Assembly: GCA_963816145.1 (NCBI GenBank)
Contig: CAWFJP010000012.1
Location: 90,979-154,978, forward strand
DNA length: 64,000 nucleotides
Direction of reading: 5' to 3'
DNA from: an uncultured delta proteobacterium
Lineage (GTDB): Bacteria; Desulfobacterota; Binatia; UBA9968
The number at the start of each line of letters is the position of its first letter. Positions within the stretch are counted from its first letter, which is position 1. The position numbers were made by a program, and so were the translations under genes. Under the pieces are notes generated by a model. The model saw nothing but the letters and a program-made list of their open reading frames with translations. It made no database searches and had not been told where the DNA came from. Shown here one piece after another: positions 1 to 8,689 of the stretch.

Positions 1-456
1 GTTCAATGCCGCGCTGCCGTCTTTGATTTGCGCTTTGGGCAGCGCTTCGGTCAGTCCGGATAAATAATTCACCGGGATACCCAGGCGCTGATCGTCGCCT
101 AACTCGAAGCCCAGTTTACTTTCGCCTAACTCCATTTCCTTGATGCTCGCTGCGATCATCTCCTGCGGAAACGGCACGTCGGTGTAAGACCTCACTTCGC
201 CGACCCAGGGCAACGCCTTGGCCTTGGCTTTGTCGTTGCCGTAGACGAGCAAGAGCGGTTTGCCGGTCTTGGGGAGAATACAAATTTGCGGTCGTTGAAT
301 ATGGTCCAGCTGGTAGCTGATCAGGCCGCTGAAGTACCAGTAGTTGTTCTTTTCGGAAACCACCAGGGCATCGAGGCCGTCGCGCTCCATGAGCGCTTGG
401 GCGCGGGTATAGCGATCGAAATATTCCTGATCGACGAAGGGGGATTCGGTGGCCAT
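1..456 (-). CDS. Xaa-Pro peptidase (M24)/creatinase family protein, N-terminal part, runs off the window edge
   Basis: Manual translation from ATG at 456 (RBS GGAG upstream): MATESPFVDQEYFDRYTRAQALMERDGLDALVVSEKNNYWYFSG..., typical creatinase/aminopeptidase P N-domain; open to position 1. Confidence 0.75.
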   Translation of the reverse strand, partial: MATESPFVDQEYFDRYTRAQALMERDGLDALVVSEKNNYWYFSGLISYQLDHIQRPQICILPKTGKPLLLVYGNDKAKAKALPWVGEVRSYTDVPFPQEMIAASIKEMELGESKLGFELGDDQRLGIPVNYLSGLTEALPKAQIKDGSAALN

Positions 457-508
457 GAGAGTCTCCTACTGATGGTCGGTCCTGCCAGGTTTATGGTGGA
501 GAGGATTT

Positions 509-590
509 TACCACGAAGGACACGAAGAGCACGAAGTTCGGAAAATATATTGGCTAATCCCTTCGTGTCCTTCGTGATCTTCGTGGTGAG
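509..590. repeat. Intergenic inverted repeat with 9-nt periodic arms (CACGAAGnn / nnCTTCGTG)
   Basis: ccacgaaggacacgaagagcacgaag ... cttcgtgtccttcgtgatcttcgtgg. Confidence 0.7.
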
Positions 591-596
591 TCTCTC

Positions 597-1304
597 TTAG
601 CTCGCCAGCGCTTTGCGGCCTTCCATTCGTTTGATTTTGCCGACGTAGTCGAGGGCTTCGGATAGCTGAATGACGCTGGCGTACTTTGCGTTCATCTCGA
701 ACAAATTGACCAGGTGCGAGGTGCGTGAGCGGTCGAAGATGCATTCCTCCACGGGGAATACCGGGTAGCCGTAGGAGTAGCCGTCGAGCACGGTGCCGCG
801 CACACAGCCGCAGGTGCTGGTGCCGGCGATGAGCAAAGTGTCGATGTTTTTGCGCACCAAATAGGTGATCAAATGGGTGCCGAAGAAGGCGCTGGCGCGG
901 GCCTTGCGCACGATGAATTCGTCGTCGCGCGGTTTGATCATGTCGGGGAATTCGACGGCGAGTTTTTCGAAGTCGGTCTTGTCGACGCCGCGTTTGGTGG
1001 CGTTGCCGAAGGCTGCTTTGAAATCGGGATCGGAGGTGGAGTAGATCACCGGAATCTTGGCGTCCCGGCAGGCGTGGAGCAATCCCTTGATTTTCGGCAG
1101 CGCGTCCCAGGCGACTTGGCCGCAGCTGGTGGGAAACTCATCGATCGCTTCCATGACCGGCATCGGCTTGGTGCCGGTGAAGCCGGTGATGACGTCGATG
1201 ATAATCAGCGCCGGATTGACGCCGAACTTTTCTTTGCCTTTGTAGCCGGCCTTTTCATAAATCTTTCGCTCTTCTTCGGGGACAATCGCTTCCCAGTCGC
1301 GCAT
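597..1304 (-). CDS. Isochorismatase/cysteine hydrolase family protein
   Basis: ALIIID, K.R.SAFFGT and TSTCGCVRGT motifs (Asp-Lys-Cys triad). Confidence 0.9.
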   Translation of the reverse strand: MRDWEAIVPEEERKIYEKAGYKGKEKFGVNPALIIIDVITGFTGTKPMPVMEAIDEFPTSCGQVAWDALPKIKGLLHACRDAKIPVIYSTSDPDFKAAFGNATKRGVDKTDFEKLAVEFPDMIKPRDDEFIVRKARASAFFGTHLITYLVRKNIDTLLIAGTSTCGCVRGTVLDGYSYGYPVFPVEECIFDRSRTSHLVNLFEMNAKYASVIQLSEALDYVGKIKRMEGRKALAS

Positions 1305-1337
1305 AACTTAACCTCCGATGTCACACTAAAGTTAAAG

Positions 1338-1420
1338 GTTCCAGTCGTTCCAGCAGTTCCAATTGTATCGACTCATTTGAAACTGAGCGCAGCGGTGAAA
1401 CGGTTGGAACTATTGGAACC
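1338..1420. repeat. 9-nt periodic GTTCCA inverted repeat
   Basis: gttccagtcgttccagcagttccaatt ... ttggaactattggaac; same unit at 59354-59392. Confidence 0.6.
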
Positions 1421-1429
1421 TCGCATTAG

Positions 1430-2497
1430 TCATGGTGAAAACAGTTTGTCGCCGCGCTGGGTCATGAACAGTTCCAGCGGCAGTTCGGTGCCGATGCCTT
1501 TTTCTCTGGCTTTGTCGTACATCTTTCTCGCGGTGACCGCGAACTGGATGCCCATGCCGGTGTTGTTTTTGAAAAAGGTGATCTCTTTGTCGCTTTGGCG
1601 GCCGCGGCAGTTGCCGTTCACTAAGTCGCCGAGCTCATGGAGGTCTTCGGCTTTGACCAAGCCACGCTCCAAGCGATCGTGAAATTCGGCCTGCTTGTCG
1701 AGAAAGATTTGCTGCTTGTAGCCGACGACGATGAGATTGGCTTTCATTACCGCTTCGTCGTCGAGCTCTTTTCTCGGCAAGAAGCCGTCGCCACCGACGA
1801 TGCTGTTGAGATGCATGCCGGGTTCGACCCATTTACCGAGAATCACCGGATCGACGGTGTTGGTTGCCGCCGTGACGATGTCGCTGCCGCGAATCGCCTC
1901 CTCGGCGGAATTGGTCGGCAAGACTTCGATGCCGGTCTCTGCGCTTACTTCCTTGGCGAACTTCTCGCGGTTCGCCTTGGTCGGGCTGTAGACTTTGACC
2001 CGGGTCAGCTGGCGCACGCAGGCATGGGCGGTGACTTGGGTTTTGGCTTGTTCGCCGGAGCCCAACAGCGCCATCACTTTGGCGTCTTTGCGAGCCAGTA
2101 AGTTGCTCGCCACCGCGCTGGTGGCGCCGACGCGCATGGCCGAGATGTAATGATCGTCCATGATCGCCAAGATATTGCAGGTGTCCATATCGAAGAGCAT
2201 CACCAGGCCGATGAAATCGCCGGGATAAACGCGCCGTTTGCTGCCTTCGACTTGGATTTCTTTCGAAAAGCTCGAGTCGATGCGCAGCGCCATCGACTTC
2301 ATGCCCGGCACCAGCCCCATGATGTTGTTGAAATAGTACTGGCCGCCTTCCTCTTTCCAGGGCGTGCGCAGACGGGCGCGCGGCGCGAGCATGGCTTTGC
2401 CCTGACCCAACTCGCGAAAAGCCAGCTCGATGGCGTCGATCTCCTCAGACATCGGCAGCAAGTTTTCCATCTGATGGTTTTTGAGGACGAGTACCAT
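1430..2497 (-). CDS. Ornithine cyclodeaminase/mu-crystallin family protein
   Basis: MRVGATSAVA, GSGEQA Rossmann motif, FFKNNTGMGIQF C-terminal motif. Confidence 0.9.
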   Translation of the reverse strand: MVLVLKNHQMENLLPMSEEIDAIELAFRELGQGKAMLAPRARLRTPWKEEGGQYYFNNIMGLVPGMKSMALRIDSSFSKEIQVEGSKRRVYPGDFIGLVMLFDMDTCNILAIMDDHYISAMRVGATSAVASNLLARKDAKVMALLGSGEQAKTQVTAHACVRQLTRVKVYSPTKANREKFAKEVSAETGIEVLPTNSAEEAIRGSDIVTAATNTVDPVILGKWVEPGMHLNSIVGGDGFLPRKELDDEAVMKANLIVVGYKQQIFLDKQAEFHDRLERGLVKAEDLHELGDLVNGNCRGRQSDKEITFFKNNTGMGIQFAVTARKMYDKAREKGIGTELPLELFMTQRGDKLFSP

Positions 2498-2581
2498 GAA
2501 GTTCTCCTTAGATACTCTGCGTACAACAGAGCTTGAAGTGGAGTCAAGACGGCGGAGAAAGTAAATCCAGTGTAGAAAAAC

Positions 2582-2611
2582 GAAGGGCTGAGAAACTTTT
2601 CTCAGCCCTTC
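2582..2611 (-). terminator. Intrinsic terminator downstream of the ferredoxin
   Basis: GAAGGGCTGAGAA...TTCTCAGCCCTTC hairpin followed by a T-run on the minus strand. Confidence 0.75.
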
Positions 2612-2641
2612 ATGAAACGGCGCGAAGCAGGCGGTTAGTGA

Positions 2642-2914
2642 TTAGCCTTTCTTGGCTTTGTACCAGTCAGCGTCGATTTTGATAAAGTGTTTCCACTTAT
2701 CTGGAACCGCCGCTTCCTCAAAGATCGCCTCCACGGGGCAGACCGGCTCGCAAGCCCCACAGTCGATGCACTCCTCGGGATCGATATAGAGCTTATTTTC
2801 TTTCTCGAATTCCTCAGCCTCATTTTTTGTCGGATGAATGCAATCCACCGGACAGACATCCACACAGGCCGTGTCTTTGGTATCGATACAGGGTTCAGCA
2901 ATAATGTAGGCCAT
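2642..2914 (-). CDS. Dicluster (7Fe-type) ferredoxin
   Basis: [17 protein letters not shown] and [12 protein letters not shown]; RBS GGAGG. Confidence 0.93.
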   Translation of the reverse strand: MAYIIAEPCIDTKDTACVDVCPVDCIHPTKNEAEEFEKENKLYIDPEECIDCGACEPVCPVEAIFEEAAVPDKWKHFIKIDADWYKAKKG

Positions 2915-3065
2915 CTATTCCTCCTAGATTCGAACTCCAACTTAGTTAACAAATCGACTCTCGCATGTCAATTTATCGGGATGTCCGACGCGTTAAGGTC
3001 GCCGCCTTGACCCCCTCGAGCGCTCGATGTTAGATGCAAGTTACTCCAGATTGGCGGGAAATATC

Positions 3066-4145
3066 ATGATCCGGCAATTTTTAGGTATATTTCTCTGTGC
3101 GGCGGCCATTGGCCTCGACGGCGGTTCCGAATCGTTGCCAGCGGCGACGGTCGACGAGCTTGCCAAGAGCATGCGCAGCCTCACTGGCGCTCAGCGCAAG
3201 TCGTTCTTAGAGGAGGGCGCGCGCAAGGAAGGCGAGGTGATCTGGTACACCTCGATGAGCTTGACCGACTTCCCCAAGATCGTCGGCGCTTTCGAGCGGA
3301 GCCATCCCTACGTCAAGATCAAAACCAATCGTTTATCGCAGTCTTCGGTTATGCCCAAGATCGAAACCGAAGCCCGCGCCGGCCACTATGCCGTCGATTT
3401 GGTCGCCTCGGCGCCGGTGGAGATGTGGGAACTCAAGCAGCGCAATTTCTCCGCGCCCTATCTTTCGCCTGAGCTAAAAGCTTTCCCCACCGGTTCATTC
3501 GACCCGCAGGGTTTCTGGGCTTCGACCGAGGTGACGCCCATAGTTCTGGCATTTAACACTAAATTGGTTGCCCCTGATGACGCGCCCAAGAGTTATCAGG
3601 ATCTGTTGCTGCCCAAGTGGCGCGGCAAGATGAATTTCGGCAGCGATGAGTACGCCTGGTATTCAGTCATGCTCGACGGCATGGGCAAAGCCAAGGGGAT
3701 GGATTTCATGCGCGCCCTGGCGCGCCAGCAGCTGCATATCCCCGGCGGCAGCAGTATCATGCGCTTGCAATTGATGCTCGCCGGCGAGTCCGCGATGGTG
3801 ATCGCGGCGCGCGGCCGGCGCGCCACCGAATACAAAGAAAAGGGCGCGCCGGTGGATTTTCGCTTGCTCGATCCCTATCCGGGCGAGCCCAACGGCTTGG
3901 CTTTGATGCGCCGGGCGGCACATCCGCATGCTTCTATGCTGTTTATCGACTGGATGCTTTCGGAAGAAGGCCAGACGGTGCTCGCGCAGCAAGTGCCGCG
4001 GATTACCTTGCGCAAGGGCGTCAAGCAGATCCCGCGGCATCAGGAGCTTTACAAAAAAGAGTTCGTTTTTGTGAATCCCGCTTCTCTCGGCCCCAATTTG
4101 ACCGAGCTGATCGCTTCCTATCAGCAGGTTTTCAACATCCGCTAA
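3066..4145 (+). CDS. ABC extracellular solute-binding protein (Fe3+/thiamine-like family)
   Basis: Signal peptide; ARKEGEVIWYTS, PKSYQDLL.PKWRGK, APHPHA..LFIDWMLSEEGQ-type motifs. Confidence 0.85.
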   Translation: MIRQFLGIFLCAAAIGLDGGSESLPAATVDELAKSMRSLTGAQRKSFLEEGARKEGEVIWYTSMSLTDFPKIVGAFERSHPYVKIKTNRLSQSSVMPKIETEARAGHYAVDLVASAPVEMWELKQRNFSAPYLSPELKAFPTGSFDPQGFWASTEVTPIVLAFNTKLVAPDDAPKSYQDLLLPKWRGKMNFGSDEYAWYSVMLDGMGKAKGMDFMRALARQQLHIPGGSSIMRLQLMLAGESAMVIAARGRRATEYKEKGAPVDFRLLDPYPGEPNGLALMRRAAHPHASMLFIDWMLSEEGQTVLAQQVPRITLRKGVKQIPRHQELYKKEFVFVNPASLGPNLTELIASYQQVFNIR

Positions 4146-4254
4146 ATGGCGGGTCATGGTTTAACTTGATTATGGCTTGGGTGCGAGGATCTCGTCATGT
4201 GACACATCTAGTTCAATGGTCTCGACGGTCGCGGTCAGATGGCTGCCGATTATA

Positions 4255-4396
4255 TCCCCCTTTGGAAAAGGGGGATCAAGGGGGATTTGAATCCGGGGCG
4301 GGCAGGTTTTCTTCGGAGCAGTCGCGCTGTGTTCTGGGACGATGGAGCCGTGTGAGCAGACAAAATCTCCCCTGGCCCCTCTTTTCCAAAGAGGGG
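4255..4396. repeat. REP-like paired hairpins, CCCCCTTT-N-AAAGGGGG family
   Basis: tccccctttggaaaagggggatcaagggggattt ... aaatctcccctggcccctcttttccaaagagggg; related copies at 11867-11890 and 38268-38364. Confidence 0.75.
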
Positions 4397-4503
4397 TGAT
4401 TAAGGATTTAACAGTTTTGCGGTAGTCGACGAGAATCTATCGTGACTTCTGTACCCACCGTGTCCAAACAGGATGTATAGGTAACGGTTATGGGTGACGG
4501 GGA

Positions 4504-4531
4504 GAGATTTCTCGCTGCGCTCGAAATGACA
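4504..4531. repeat. REP-like unit GAGATTTCTCGCTnCGCTCGAAATGACA
   Basis: Same family as the paired copy at 42106-42172. Confidence 0.6.
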
Positions 4532-4556
4532 GACTTCCACAGGTTATTGAGTACTA

Positions 4557-5006
4557 ATGGCTGTTGAAATCACCCGGTTGGGAGCCGGCACCAAGTATCC
4601 GACCGCGGCGTTGCGCCAGATCGCCGAGATTCTCCTCCGCGCCCTCAAACAAAGCCGTGCCGAACTCAGCATCGCCCTGGTCGGCGACCGGGAAATGCGT
4701 CCACTCAACGCCAAGTACCGAAAGAAAAGGCAAACCACCGATGTGCTGTCGTTCTTCGTCGAGGACCAGCCGAGGTCGGGCGCAAAATTGCTCGGCGACG
4801 TGGTGATCTCCGTGGAACAGGCGCGCCGCCAGGCGGCGGAGGGCGGCATGACCCTCAAGAGCGAGATGGTGACTTTACTGATTCACGGCATCCTGCACTT
4901 GCTCGGCTACGACCATGAAAAATCGCCGCGCCAAGCGCAGATCATGTTCGCTTACGAGCGGAAACTTCACGCCTACCTTTGTGACCGCGGGTTATTGAAG
5001 GTATAG
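4557..5006 (+). CDS. ybeY: rRNA maturation RNase YbeY
   Basis: LNAKYR...TDVLSF, LGDVVIS, HGILHLLGYDH. Confidence 0.95.
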   Translation: MAVEITRLGAGTKYPTAALRQIAEILLRALKQSRAELSIALVGDREMRPLNAKYRKKRQTTDVLSFFVEDQPRSGAKLLGDVVISVEQARRQAAEGGMTLKSEMVTLLIHGILHLLGYDHEKSPRQAQIMFAYERKLHAYLCDRGLLKV

Positions 5007-5053
5007 TAACCGGAGGTCGGAAGTCGCTAATCAGGAGTCGGAAGAAAGCTAAG

Positions 5054-6158
5054 ATGATCGAAGAAACTACAGAACAACTTACCCACCTCGAAGCGCGGCT
5101 TGAGCAGTTGCGGAGGCGGCTTTGACGTCGACAGCAAGCAGAAGCGTGTCGAGGAGCTGAACCAAGTCACCGCCCAACCGGATTTCTGGAACGACGCCGA
5201 CAAAGCGCAAAACGTTCTCAAAGAACAGTCTGCCCTCAAAGCCGTCCTCGCCAACTGGGAAAAGCATCAGTGCGATCTTGAAGAGGCGAGGTTTTTTCTC
5301 GACGTCGCCAGAGACGAGAAAAACGAGGACGCGCTCGGCGAAGCTGCCGGCAAAGTCGCGGCGATCACCAAGGAGATGGCACAGACCGAGCTGACCCAAC
5401 TGCTGGGCGGCCCCGATGACAGGCGCAACGCCATTGTCACGCTGCATCCCGGCGCCGGCGGCACCGAGGCGCAAGACTGGGCCGAGATTCTCTTGCGCAT
5501 GTATTTACGCTGGTGCGACCGGCGCGGTTTCCGCAAAGAGATTCTCGACTATCAACCGGGCGAGGAAGCTGGGGTCAAAAGCGTGACCTTTAATGTCACT
5601 GGCGATTACGCATTTGGCTACCTGAAAGCTGAAGCGGGGATTCACCGCCTGGTGCGGATCTCGCCATTCGACGCCAACTCGCGTCGCCATACCTCGTTCG
5701 CTTCCGTCTTCGTTTATCCGGAGGTCGACGACGATATCAAAATAGAAGTTAACGACGACGACCTGCGCGTCGATACTTACCGATCGAGCGGTGCCGGCGG
5801 CCAGCATGTCAATAAAACCGATTCGGCGGTGCGTCTGACCCATCTGCCGACTGGGATTGTAGTCGCCTGCCAGAACGAGCGCTCGCAGCATAAAAACCGG
5901 GCGATGGCGATGAAGATTCTCAAATCGCGGCTTTACGAATTGGAGCTGGTAAAGCAAAAAGAAAAGATGGAGAGCTACCATAAAACCAAGAAAGACATCG
6001 CCTGGGGCAGCCAGATCCGCTCCTATGTGCTTGCTCCTTATCGCCTGGTCAAGGACCATCGCACCAACGTCGAGGTCGGCAACGCCGACGCCGTCCTCGA
6101 TGGCGACATCGATCAGTTCATCGAAGCTTATCTGATGATGGCGGATGAGCCGGCTTAA
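5054..6158 (+). CDS. prfB: Peptide chain release factor 2 (programmed +1 frameshift)
   Basis: ATG 5054 gives MIEETTEQLTHLEARLEQLRRRL, then CTT TGA C at 5120-5126; the +1 frame has the SPF and GGQ motifs. Confidence 0.96.
5111..5126 (+). other. RF2 autoregulatory frameshift site
   Basis: CGGAGGCGG CTT TGA C: internal SD-like sequence ahead of the canonical slippery CTT-TGA-C. Confidence 0.92.
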
Positions 6159-6346
6159 GCGGTTTAGGAGTCAGGGGTTAGGGGTAAGGCATCGCCGCTC
6201 CGCCCCGCCGCGCGGAACTTTTCTGCTACTTCCACCGTTGTGATGACAACTAAAATAATGTGAAGTCCGGGTGTGTCCAAAATTTGGCTTGCGCGGATTT
6301 TGTGAAGGTGGTCATCTCAAGAAATTACTGAATCGTCGGAGGATTG

Positions 6347-7545
6347 ATGGAATCGGAAAGTCTAAAGGCCAGCGGAGCTAATGGTCATATCGCAAACCTT
6401 GAAGCGGCGGTGTTGCAGCGTTATGGCAACGCGGCTCAGGAAGTTGAAGCCTGCTTATGTTTGCCGGTGAACTATGACAAGACATTGTTGAAAGTTATTC
6501 CCGACGAGATTATCGAAAAAGACTACGGCTGCGGCGACCCGTCGCGTTATATTCGGCTTGGGGAAACCGTTCTCGACCTCGGTTCGGGCAGCGGCAAGGC
6601 CTGCTACATTATTTCGCAAATCGTCGGCGCCCAGGGCAAAGTGATCGGCGTCGATTTCAATCTGCCGATGCTGGGGCTAGCTCGCAAGCATCAGAAATCC
6701 ATCGGCGACAAGTTGGGCTACCACAACGTTGAGTTTCGCCGCGGCAAGATCCAGGATCTTGCAAACCAATCTCGACTTGATCGATGGCTATCTGCAAGCG
6801 AATCCGGTTCATTCGGTCGCGCGATCTGGCCGGGCTGCGAGAATTCGAAATCAAGATGCGCCAGGAACGGCCGCTTATTCCGGATGAATCCATCGATGTG
6901 ATCGTGTCGAACTGCGTGCTCAATCTTGTCCGGCCCGAGGACAAGAAGCAGTTGTTCGCCGAGATGTACCGCGTGCTCAAGCGCGGCGGCAGGATCGCGA
7001 TTTCCGATATTGTCAGCGACGAGGCGGTGCCTGAACATTTGGCCAAAGACCCGGATCTGTGGAGCGCCTGCGTGTCCGGATCCTTTCAAGAAGAAGACTT
7101 TTTGCGCGCCTTCGAAGACGCCAAGTTTCACGGTATGCAAATCGAAGAGCTGCGCAGCGAGGCCTATCAAACCGTCGAGGGCATCGAGTTCCGCGCCATC
7201 ACGGTGACCGCATACAAAGGCAAAGATGGGCCCTGCATCGAGCGCAACCAAGCGGTGATTTACCGCGGTCCTTGGAAGCAAGTGGTCGACGACGATGGCC
7301 ATACGTTGGAGCGCGGCGCGCGCATGGCGGTGTGCGACAAGACGTTCAAGTTGTATTCACAGGCGCCCTACGCCGGACAATTCATTCTGGTGCCGCCTCG
7401 TGAAGAAGTGGCGCTGGCAAGCGCCGGTTCCTATGATTGTTCGCGCGATCACAAACGCCATCCACGCGAGACCAAGGGGATGGAGTACAACGTCACGAAG
7501 ATGTCCGGCTCCGTTTGCGGACCGGATTCCAATTGCTGTCCGTGA
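6347..7545 (+). CDS. ArsM-like arsenite/SAM-dependent methyltransferase; two apparent 1-nt insertions near 6758 and 6820
   Basis: DYGCGDP, VLDLGSGSG, DVIVSNCVLNL, Cys-rich tail CGPDSNCCP; the frames join into one protein if two bases are removed. Confidence 0.8.
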
Positions 7546-7646
7546 AATAAATTCATATTGATAATTGAGAATGGACAATTGAGAATTATCGGAGGAAGAG
7601 AAGAATCGGAACTGCCAATTGGATGTAGAGGTTCTCTGATATCTCG

Positions 7647-8606
7647 ATGCAACCGTTCACTGAAAAACTTCGTCGACTAAACGGCAGCGGCCTCAAGCGC
7701 CGGTCGGTCGATGTGTTGCAAGTGAACCTTGGGCGCTACTGCAACCTGGCCTGCATCCACTGCCATGTCGAGGCCGGGCCGACGCGCACGGAGATGATGA
7801 GCCGGGAGAATGTCGACGCAGTGCTGGGTTTTCTCGGTGCGACCAACATTGCGACCCTCGATATCACCGGCGGCGCGCCGGAGCTGCACCCGGCATTCGA
7901 TTATCTGGTCGAGTCGGCACGCGGGCTGGGCCGGCAGGTGATCGATCGCTGCAACTTAACGGTGATCTTCGAGCCGGGGAAAGATTATCTGCCGGAGTTT
8001 TTTCGCCGGCAGCGAGTCGAACTTGTCTGTTCACTGCCTTGCTATTCCAGCGATAATGTCGACAAGCAGCGCGGCAAGGGCACTTTCGCCGGCAGCATCC
8101 GGGCGCTGCAAATTCTCAACGGACTCGGTTACGGCCGGCCGGAGAGCGGCTTGGTGCTCAATCTGGTTTACAATCCCGTCGGACCGCACTTGCCGCCGCC
8201 GCAAGAAAAACTCGAGCAGGACTACAAGCGAATTCTTCACGATGAATTCGGCATTGTCTTCAATCGGCTGTTTTGCCTGACCAATATGCCAATCACCCGT
8301 TATGCGACCCATCTCAAGCTCCGCAGCGAGTATGAGCCGTACTTGGATCTGCTCGAGCGCAGTTTCAACGCTAGCACCGTCGATCAAGTGATGTGCCGCA
8401 ATTTGATCAGCGTCGGCTGGGATGGCGGGATTTACGATTGTGATTTCAATCAAATGCTCGACATGCCGCTCACCGACGGCGAAAAACCTTTGCATATCGC
8501 TTCAGTGACTTTGGATCAACTGACCGGGCCGGCGATCGCGGTCGGCGACCACTGCTATGCGTGCACCGCCGGTTCGGGCAGCAGTTGCGGCGGCACGCTT
8601 GTCTGA
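7647..8606 (+). CDS. arsS: Arsenosugar biosynthesis radical SAM protein (TIGR04167/DUF3641 type)
   Basis: CNLACIHC, DITGGAPEL, YDCDFNQML, HCYACTAGSGSSCGG. Confidence 0.9.
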   Translation: MQPFTEKLRRLNGSGLKRRSVDVLQVNLGRYCNLACIHCHVEAGPTRTEMMSRENVDAVLGFLGATNIATLDITGGAPELHPAFDYLVESARGLGRQVIDRCNLTVIFEPGKDYLPEFFRRQRVELVCSLPCYSSDNVDKQRGKGTFAGSIRALQILNGLGYGRPESGLVLNLVYNPVGPHLPPPQEKLEQDYKRILHDEFGIVFNRLFCLTNMPITRYATHLKLRSEYEPYLDLLERSFNASTVDQVMCRNLISVGWDGGIYDCDFNQMLDMPLTDGEKPLHIASVTLDQLTGPAIAVGDHCYACTAGSGSSCGGTLV

Positions 8607-8689
8607 GACCAATGCTAACCCGCTAAGTCCGTATTCCAGATAGAAAGCCCGCGAAAGTCGACACAGCGCACCGGCTTCTAACGAGAATC

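Noticed and set aside
509-590. CRISPR array suggested by short periodic repeats (also 1338-1420 and 59354-59392)
   Set aside because: Units are 9 nt without unique spacers, and there are no cas genes.
4458-4492. Possible IS terminal remnant (tgtccaaacaggatgtataggtaacggtt)
   Set aside because: No partner end or transposase is visible, so it cannot be supported without a database search.
8570-8606. Selenocysteine in the ArsS C-terminal GSSxGG motif
   Set aside because: The codon is TGC (Cys) here; the TGA at 8604-8606 is the normal stop.
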